This document shows, piece by piece, positions 57,015 through 64,000 of a stretch of DNA of 64,000 nt; within the stretch, counting starts at the first letter, position 1; each line of letters begins with the position of its first letter. Origin of the DNA: Leptospira sp. (GTDB lineage Bacteria > Spirochaetota > Leptospiria > Leptospirales > Leptospiraceae); the NCBI GenBank assembly GCA_034439575.1, contig JAWXAQ010000015.1, positions 176,705 to 240,704 on the forward strand, read 5' to 3'. The notes below the pieces were generated by a model that saw nothing but the letters and a program-made list of their open reading frames with translations, was not told the origin of the DNA and ran no database searches. Position numbers and translations under genes: made by a program.

Positions 57015-60000
57015 TTATTGATTTGGAACTTCTCTCTTTCTCCATAGAAAATAAATCGCAGGATAAACTAATAGCTCTAAAAGAAAACTCGTAGTCAATC
57101 CACCAACCATTGGTGAGGCGATTCGCTTCATTAGATCAGCACCTGTCCCTTGAGCCCACATAATCGGCAATAAACCGATAAATCCAGAAAGAACCGTCAT
57201 CATCTTTGGCCGAATGCGATGCACTGCCCCTTCTAAAATAGATTGTTTCAATTCAATTTCAGTAAATTCTGGACTCTTTGAAATGAGTTTGTTATAAGAT
57301 AGATCTAAATACATCAACATAAAAACCCCAGTCTCTGCATCTAAACCTAACAATGCGATAAATCCCACCCATACTGCTACGGATATTTGATAATCAAGAA
57401 AATAGATTAACCAAATGGCTCCTATCATAGAAAAAGGGACAGCCGTTAAAACTATTGCTGTTTTCTTAATTGATCCAGTACTCCAATACAAAAGCACACA
57501 TATCATAACTAATGTGATCGGAAGAACTAACATCATTCTTTGTCTAACTCGAATGATATTTTCATATTGTCCACTCCATTCCAAAAATACACCCTTTGGT
57601 AAGGAAACCGAATTTTGAATGATTGATTTAGAATTTTCTACAAAACCTAACAAGTCATCTTCATTAGTATCAAGATAGACATAACCTGTAAGAAATCCAT
57701 TCTCATCTCTGATCATAGCCGCCCCACTCGAGAATTGTGTAGAGGCAATTGAAGAAAGAGGGATATGTCCACCACCAGAAATTGGTATCAAAATATGATT
57801 TATTTTATCCATAGAATCTCGAGATTCTCTCGGATAACGAACATTAACCGAATATCTTTCCCTTTTTTCTATCGTTGTGGAAATCGTTTCACCACCTAAG
57901 GCTGACAATATAGTTTTTTGGACATTATCAACAGTTAATCCATATTTGGCGGCAAGTTCACGTTTGATTTCGATATCCAAATAATATCCACTTGCCGTTC
58001 TTTCTGCAAAAACAGATCTGACTCCAGGTTTTCCTTTAAGGGCGGATTCAATTTGAATTCCTACTTTTTGAATTTCTTCTGTATTTTCTCCTTGGATTTT
58101 AATTCCTATGGGTGTTCTAATCCCTGTTGATAACATATCTATGCGTGCTCGGATAGGTTGAGTCCAAGCATTTGTAAAACCCGGAAAATCAAGTTTATGA
58201 TTCAAATCCTCCAGAAGTTTATCCTTTGTTAGGCCAGCTCTCCATTCTGATTCAGGTTTCAAATTTATAATAATTTCAAACATAGACAATGGTGAAGGAT
58301 CAGTCGAAGAATCAGCACGACCGGCCTTTCCATATACAGACTCTACTTCTGGAAATGATTTTATGCGCTCGTCCATAGCAGTTAAAATCTTTTCGGCTTC
58401 TCCAATCGATAACCCTGGCAAGGTGGTAGGCATATACAATACGCTGCCTTCGTTCAAAGGAGGAAGATATTCCGTTCCAAGTGAAAAATAAATTGGAATC
58501 GTAAGAATAAATAAAATAACAGCAGAGAAAATAGTCAATTTCGGATGATTCAATACTTTATGTACAATTGGTTCATAAGCTGCAAATAACCTTCTACTCA
58601 CTGGGTGAGAATTCTCTGGTAAATATTTTCCTACACAAATAGTTGTTAGAATTTTATTTACAAACGGAGTAAATTCTGTAAACGGATCCATTCTAGTAAA
58701 AATCATTCTAAAAGCTGGATCTAATGTGATTGCGAGTAATGCGGCGATTAACATAGTCAAATTTTTTGAAAGAGCTAAGGGTCTGAATAATCTTCCTTCT
58801 TGATCCACTAAGGTGAATATAGGAAAAAATGCGATCGCTATGATGAGCAATGAAAAGAAAACGGATGGCCCAACTTCGAGTAGTGCTTCCAATCGAATTT
58901 GATGAAAATCTCCGATGCGACCTCCAGATTCCCACTCTTCTAACTTCTTATAGGCGTTTTCCACTTCAACAATGGCCCCATCAACTAACACACCTATTGA
59001 TAAAGCAATACCAGCGAGAGACATTAAATTTGATCCAATGTCTGCAAGATACAATGGAATAAACGACAATAGGACTGCAATGGGGATGGTTAAGATTGGG
59101 ACTATGGCAGAAGGAATATGCCATAAAAAAATAAGTATGATGAGTGAGACGACAATGATCTCTTCAACCAATTTTTCTTTTAATAAATGTATAGTATTCT
59201 CAATTAAAATCGAACGATCATAGACTGGAATTATTTTAACTCCATCTGGGAGTGAACTCTCGATAGTTTCTATTTTATTTTTGACTGATTCTATGACACG
59301 TAATGCATTTTCACCATGGCGCATAACAACGATTCCACTGACGGCATCCCCTTCTCCGTTATAGTCCCCAACACCTCTACGCAAATTTGGGCCAGTTGTT
59401 ACTCGGGCAATATTATATAGAAAAATGGGTGTTCCATTCTTATCATATCCCACCGAAATCCTTTCAATGTCCTGGATAGAACGAGCGTAACCTTTAACCT
59501 TAATCATAAATTCGGCACCGCCAATTTCTAATAATCTAGCACCGACTTCATTATTAGATTCACGAACTTTATCTATCACAACTCCCATATCAATGCCATA
59601 GGTTTGGATTTTCAGAGGGTCAATTTGTATTTGGTATTGTTTTTTAAATCCTCCAATGCTTGCAACTTCAGCCACACCAGGAACAGATGTTAGTAAATAT
59701 TTGATTTTAAAATCTTGTAATGATCTAAGCTCCGATAGATCGAGTTTTTTACTTTCATCTATCAAAGTATATTGGAAGATCCAACCAACACCAGTGGCAT
59801 CAGGACCAATACTCAAAGTCACATCCTTTGGTAAATTGGCTTGGAGTTGGGAAAGAAATTCATTCACGCGCGACCTCGCCCAATAAATATCCGTGCCATC
59901 TTCAAAAATTACATACACAAATGAATATCCAAAATCTGAAAATCCACGTACTGCTTTGATCTTTGGTGCACCTAATAAAGATGTAACGATTGGATAAGTG

Positions 60001-60191
60001 ACCTGATCCTCAATGATGTCGGGGCTTCTATCCCACTTAGTATAAATAATTACCTGAGTATCAGACATATCAGGTAATGCATCCATAGAAATATTTTTTA
60101 CAGCATAAAACGATGCAAAAAGTAACATAAAAGTGAAGAAAAGAATAAAGTAACGATTGTGAGCTGAAAATCGAATAATTGACTTAATCAT
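57015..60191 (-). CDS. cusA: CusA/SilA family heavy-metal RND permease
   Basis: DALPDMSDTQVI, DIYWARSRV, NLMSL.G.A..IG.LVD, RIDMLSTG, RIRPKMMT. Confidence 0.95.
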   Translation of the reverse strand: MIKSIIRFSAHNRYFILFFTFMLLFASFYAVKNISMDALPDMSDTQVIIYTKWDRSPDIIEDQVTYPIVTSLLGAPKIKAVRGFSDFGYSFVYVIFEDGTDIYWARSRVNEFLSQLQANLPKDVTLSIGPDATGVGWIFQYTLIDESKKLDLSELRSLQDFKIKYLLTSVPGVAEVASIGGFKKQYQIQIDPLKIQTYGIDMGVVIDKVRESNNEVGARLLEIGGAEFMIKVKGYARSIQDIERISVGYDKNGTPIFLYNIARVTTGPNLRRGVGDYNGEGDAVSGIVVMRHGENALRVIESVKNKIETIESSLPDGVKIIPVYDRSILIENTIHLLKEKLVEEIIVVSLIILIFLWHIPSAIVPILTIPIAVLLSFIPLYLADIGSNLMSLAGIALSIGVLVDGAIVEVENAYKKLEEWESGGRIGDFHQIRLEALLEVGPSVFFSLLIIAIAFFPIFTLVDQEGRLFRPLALSKNLTMLIAALLAITLDPAFRMIFTRMDPFTEFTPFVNKILTTICVGKYLPENSHPVSRRLFAAYEPIVHKVLNHPKLTIFSAVILFILTIPIYFSLGTEYLPPLNEGSVLYMPTTLPGLSIGEAEKILTAMDERIKSFPEVESVYGKAGRADSSTDPSPLSMFEIIINLKPESEWRAGLTKDKLLEDLNHKLDFPGFTNAWTQPIRARIDMLSTGIRTPIGIKIQGENTEEIQKVGIQIESALKGKPGVRSVFAERTASGYYLDIEIKRELAAKYGLTVDNVQKTILSALGGETISTTIEKRERYSVNVRYPRESRDSMDKINHILIPISGGGHIPLSSIASTQFSSGAAMIRDENGFLTGYVYLDTNEDDLLGFVENSKSIIQNSVSLPKGVFLEWSGQYENIIRVRQRMMLVLPITLVMICVLLYWSTGSIKKTAIVLTAVPFSMIGAIWLIYFLDYQISVAVWVGFIALLGLDAETGVFMLMYLDLSYNKLISKSPEFTEIELKQSILEGAVHRIRPKMMTVLSGFIGLLPIMWAQGTGADLMKRIASPMVGGLTTSFLLELLVYPAIYFLWRKREVPNQ

Positions 60192-61164
60192 TGATTTCTC
60201 CCATCTGAAGTTTAGCCTCAGAATCTAAGAGAAAATTTGCTTTTGATACAATTTCATCACCTTCACTTAGTCCATCCGTTATTTCTGTCCACTCCTCAGA
60301 TGAAAATCCTTCTTTAACAACAATGGGTGCGAATTTAGAGTTTGATTTTTTTAGGTAAACAATTGATTTTTTTCCATTCGGGAAAACAGCTTCTTTCGGA
60401 ATTCGCAAAACATTTTTCTTAGTAACCTTTGCGCTAGATTCCAAAAACATTTGAGGTTTTAGAATGTAAGAAGGGTCTTTTACTTCACACCAAACAGAAA
60501 CTGTACGAGTATTTTCATCAATTAAGTTACCCACAGCCACAATATTTCCATAAAAAGTTTTTTCAGGGAACGCATCAATTTTCATCACCATTTTAGTGCC
60601 AATTGGAGTGTGAGCAATGTCGGATTCATAAACTTGTACTATGGCAAGTGAATTCGCCCCTTCCCGACCTGTTAAAAAGATTTCTGGTTTTCGGTGATTC
60701 ATAAACTGAATCTGATTATCACTCAATCCTAATTTTATAAGTCTTAATCTAGATCCTTCGATAAAAACTTTTCGATTTTCATTGGACATTGATTTTGCCA
60801 TTTTATACTCTGTGAAAGAAGAATATAAATCTGGATTATAGGCAACCCGACCACTAAAACTTAACTTTCGTTCGATTGTTCCGCGATTAACAACCGTTGA
60901 ACTTAGGCCGATTAACTTTTGTTTTTCTTCGGAAATCAAAAATGTTTCTATTTCTTCTGTTATCTCTTTGGATTCTTCCACTTTTAAACTTATTTCTTTT
61001 TTAATAAGTTTCATTCCGCATATTGGACATTCTCCTTCATGATCCATTTCAATTTGCGGATGCATTGGGCATGTGTATATTTCCGCTTTTTCTTTTGTCG
61101 CTTCATTGCATGAAAACATCGTAAGTAATAAAAAAATGAATGTATATTTTTTAGACGAAACCAT
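60184..61164 (-). CDS. cusB: CusB-like periplasmic adaptor with heavy-metal-binding domain
   Basis: YTCPMHP...CPICGMKL, LKPQM, FLLDSE. Confidence 0.9.
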   Translation of the reverse strand: MVSSKKYTFIFLLLTMFSCNEATKEKAEIYTCPMHPQIEMDHEGECPICGMKLIKKEISLKVEESKEITEEIETFLISEEKQKLIGLSSTVVNRGTIERKLSFSGRVAYNPDLYSSFTEYKMAKSMSNENRKVFIEGSRLRLIKLGLSDNQIQFMNHRKPEIFLTGREGANSLAIVQVYESDIAHTPIGTKMVMKIDAFPEKTFYGNIVAVGNLIDENTRTVSVWCEVKDPSYILKPQMFLESSAKVTKKNVLRIPKEAVFPNGKKSIVYLKKSNSKFAPIVVKEGFSSEEWTEITDGLSEGDEIVSKANFLLDSEAKLQMGEIND

Positions 61165-61165
61165 A

Positions 61166-62524
61166 TTATTTCTCCTTTAACACAGGCATCAAACTATTCG
61201 TTATTTCCAAAATTCGCATAAGGCTTGTCCATCGGTTCAATTCAACTTCATGCGAATAAGAAGTCATTTCGATCGAATCATTTAGAAATTGCAAAGATTC
61301 AGATAAACTAATATCCCCTTTTGAATATGAGCTGAGGGAAGAAGTGTAACCTAGTCTGTAAGTCTTTAATAGTTTATCATTAAAATTTAAAGATCTTTCT
61401 TTGTTTCCTCTCCAGTTTTCCCATGCAGATTTTAATTCAGATTCTAAAAATCTTTTCTGCTCCTCTCTTTCCTGGCTGACCCTTCTTCTTTTATACGTAT
61501 TAGATTTATCTAAATCATTTTGCTTTCCGAGAGACCATACAGGGATTCGCATTGTTATACCTGCACTCCACAGATCACCTGAAAATTCCGGGTTATCCAT
61601 AATAGCATAGTTTAACGGCCCACTGTCGAGCAAGAATGGTCTATTACGCCTTTGCATATAACTAAAGAAGACTTCTGTATCAGGAAAATGTAATATTTTA
61701 TCGCGTTCTATTTCAGCTTCTACTCTACCGACATTAACTTCTGATATTTTTAAAATAGAGGAATTCGAAAAATGATTTATCCCAATCCCTTTTTCAAAAC
61801 TCAATTCTTTCAATTTCAAATATTCTAAAATCTCTCCTGAATTCAATGAAATTGGACTATTATTCACTTCATAATAATTCAATTTTGATTTCAGCTGTTC
61901 TAAGTTTACTTTTTTTTGAAGCAAACGATCGTTAATTTTTTCTTTAAAATTTAAAAGCTTTAAAGTGGGTGTTATATTTGTTTTACCAGCACTATAGCCA
62001 CTTGCTTCCAATTTAGAAGTAGACTTTAATGAAGTTGATAAGGATTCAAGATTTTGAATTTCTTTTTCTATGGATTCAATAGTAAGCTTAATTTCAAAAT
62101 ACGTTTTTAAGAACGTATTCAAATTCCATTCCACTTCATAGATTGATTCTTCAGCATCAAACTTTCTAATTTGTTTTTCTAAAGATAATTTTCCTGGATA
62201 TGGAATTTCTTGCGAAATTGAAATTTCATTTCCTGTCATCCCTGGTGTATCTGGTCGGGTCCTTTCTCGAACGACTCCATTTCGATAGGGGTACGATCTA
62301 TATGCGAATCCCAATTTGGGATCTGGATACACATCTGCATGTTCCGCAAGGTATGATTTTTCTTTAATACCATTCATTTTGGAAACTATTGCGGGATGAT
62401 CCGATACCAGGTTTTTTATTTTAATTTCTAATTCATTTTCTCTTTCAGACGAAAATATTGGCAAAATTGAATAAAAAATAATATTAATATATATTATTAT
62501 TCTAATGTATTTATATCTATTCAT
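61166..62524 (-). CDS. TolC-family outer-membrane efflux protein (CusC role)
   Basis: YPDPKL, ISQEIPYPGK, ITMRIPVW; position in the operon. Confidence 0.85.
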   Translation of the reverse strand: MNRYKYIRIIIYINIIFYSILPIFSSERENELEIKIKNLVSDHPAIVSKMNGIKEKSYLAEHADVYPDPKLGFAYRSYPYRNGVVRERTRPDTPGMTGNEISISQEIPYPGKLSLEKQIRKFDAEESIYEVEWNLNTFLKTYFEIKLTIESIEKEIQNLESLSTSLKSTSKLEASGYSAGKTNITPTLKLLNFKEKINDRLLQKKVNLEQLKSKLNYYEVNNSPISLNSGEILEYLKLKELSFEKGIGINHFSNSSILKISEVNVGRVEAEIERDKILHFPDTEVFFSYMQRRNRPFLLDSGPLNYAIMDNPEFSGDLWSAGITMRIPVWSLGKQNDLDKSNTYKRRRVSQEREEQKRFLESELKSAWENWRGNKERSLNFNDKLLKTYRLGYTSSLSSYSKGDISLSESLQFLNDSIEMTSYSHEVELNRWTSLMRILEITNSLMPVLKEK

Positions 62525-62564
62525 AAAAACTCCTTTTTGAATATTAAAAAGAGAGATTACAAAT

Positions 62565-62996
62565 TCAGATTAGAAGGCGAATTGTTTTTGTAGGTATGGA
62601 AAGACTTAGATGTGAAGGCGGAGAGTATCTCTGAAATATTGTTTTTATATTAAATAATTCTGGGACATTCGATAATATTAAAAGTGTATGGTTAGAAAAA
62701 TAAAATCGGATTTTTAATTCAGCATTTTTTTCTATAGAAATGTAGGTAAAATCATTTGAACAAGAGCAATTCGAAGATGATTTTGAATCTGTACTGTTTG
62801 CCTTTTTACCTTCCCTATTTTTATGACAAGGTAAATCATTTAAAGAGACATCGTGTATTGATTTAATCTTTTCTTTAGATACTAAGAACTTTGGACAATC
62901 CAAAAAGCCAGAAGTACATAAAATGGATAAAGTAAATGTGAAAACTAAGAGTCGGCTCCCCACTTTTTTCCATTTATTAGTCATTTTATAATACAA
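62565..62996 (-). CDS. Cys/His-rich leader protein upstream of the cus operon
   Basis: Hydrophobic N-terminus, PCH, CSC, C-terminal YSPP...RLLI. Confidence 0.6.
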   Translation of the reverse strand: MYYKMTNKWKKVGSRLLVFTFTLSILCTSGFLDCPKFLVSKEKIKSIHDVSLNDLPCHKNREGKKANSTDSKSSSNCSCSNDFTYISIEKNAELKIRFYFSNHTLLILSNVPELFNIKTIFQRYSPPSHLSLSIPTKTIRLLI

Positions 62997-63110
62997 CCTA
63001 TTATTTATCCAATGTTTAGACTATCGTATCTGCAATTAATTATTTTTTCTGAACGAAATTTATTTTAATCGCATTTTAGCCTCTGAAATGAAAATTCTAG
63101 GTGAGGTGCC

Positions 63111-63491
63111 ATGTATATGAAAATTATTCTAATCATTATTTCGTTCGTTTTCTTCTACAATCCGATATTTTCGGACAATTGTGATAAGGTCAAAGAAGGG
63201 TTTGATGGCTTGTATTGTTTACAGAAAGTTTACTTTCAGGCTGATAAAGAGCTAAATGAATCTTACAAAAAACTGAATTCCATGCTTGATAAAAAAACGA
63301 AAGCCGTTTTGAAAGAGTCTCAACTAGCATGGATTAACGAAAGAAACACCGATTGCAGTTGGAAAGATGATAGAGGTTCCTTTGTGAATATGGATTGTGC
63401 CACTAACAAAACCATCTCTCGCAATAATTTTTTAAAAGATAGGATCAGAGAATGCAAAAGCACCGGTTGCAAACCTAGCGAATTCAAATAG
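63111..63491 (+). CDS. LprI (DUF1311) lysozyme-inhibitor family protein
   Basis: ADKELNESYKKL...LKESQLAWINERNTDC...C. Confidence 0.85.
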   Translation: MYMKIILIIISFVFFYNPIFSDNCDKVKEGFDGLYCLQKVYFQADKELNESYKKLNSMLDKKTKAVLKESQLAWINERNTDCSWKDDRGSFVNMDCATNKTISRNNFLKDRIRECKSTGCKPSEFK

Positions 63492-63510
63492 AAAGCCAAT
63501 AATTCAATAT

Positions 63511-64000
63511 ATGAAATCAATCCTATTTTGTTCTCTCGTTTTTATGCTATTTTCATGCACGACCTCAAAGGTCTATTATTCCTATGCTTCGTCACCAGAA
63601 GAAATTTTAATTCGTGAAGATGGTAAGGGACCAAAGATCAGAATGGTCATTCTCCCAGAAATGATTCGTGATTGTAAGTTACCGACCGTACATACTGCAA
63701 AAATACAATTTGCGTCTGAGTACCAGTATTACCCTCGAAGCTTACAATTCGAACTGTTTGAAAATGACAAATTACTAACGTTAGCTCCTGCTGAGATCAC
63801 ACTAACAACAGTGATTGATGGAAGTGTCAGTTATTTTAAAACGCAAAATACTTTTGAAGATATCGAAGGATTACTTACAAAATTCAAAACTGAGAATAAA
63901 ATTCCTTCGGAAGTTCATTACTTTTCCCTTTCAGCTAATATCAAAGCACAGCTAACAAATACAAATTGCACAGAAACAATACCTCTCAAATTGAAAGTCC
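63511..64000 (+). CDS. Lipoprotein, truncated by the window edge
   Basis: MKSILFCSLVFMLFSC lipobox; the frame stays open to the window end. Confidence 0.65.
   Translation, partial: MKSILFCSLVFMLFSCTTSKVYYSYASSPEEILIREDGKGPKIRMVILPEMIRDCKLPTVHTAKIQFASEYQYYPRSLQFELFENDKLLTLAPAEITLTTVIDGSVSYFKTQNTFEDIEGLLTKFKTENKIPSEVHYFSLSANIKAQLTNTNCTETIPLKLKV

Noticed and set aside
902-63520. Many short antisense or nested ORFs in the ORF track (e.g. 13813-14139, 25071-25541, 32477-32833, 37191-37571, 55127-56651)
   Set aside because: They are shadows of well-supported genes, with no motifs or RBS of their own

Overview
AT-rich bacterial chromosomal segment. The gene content and the many spirochaete-type lipoproteins (short signal peptide ending in F/T/N/Q-C) point to a Leptospira, probably a saprophyte; this is an inference. 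From left to right it holds: a TonB-dependent receptor/ExbBD/TonB locus with lipoproteins; an orphan LytS-type kinase; a TetR-controlled cupredoxin/two-domain multicopper oxidase/SCO operon; a bicarbonate-transport cluster (SulP, 7TM-AraC, SbtA, AlgE-like porin); a di-haem cytochrome c peroxidase; and a cobalamin riboswitch leading two lipoproteins. A ~15 kb divergent locus follows, joining an ACP-less FabF/CoA-transferase/FabH/thioesterase cassette to a rewired SiaABCD-like pathway (giant Ser/Thr kinase-ATPase-GAF-PP2C protein, SiaB, SiaC and an adenylate cyclase in place of the SiaD diguanylate cyclase). The rest holds small regulator-target pairs, a decayed and duplicated region around selO, a C1 peptidase and a copper-resistance block (cueR, copZ, copA, cusCBA-like). 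I saw no rRNA, tRNA, CRISPR array, IS or prophage. The best candidate for an undescribed system is the 23.9-38.7 kb locus.
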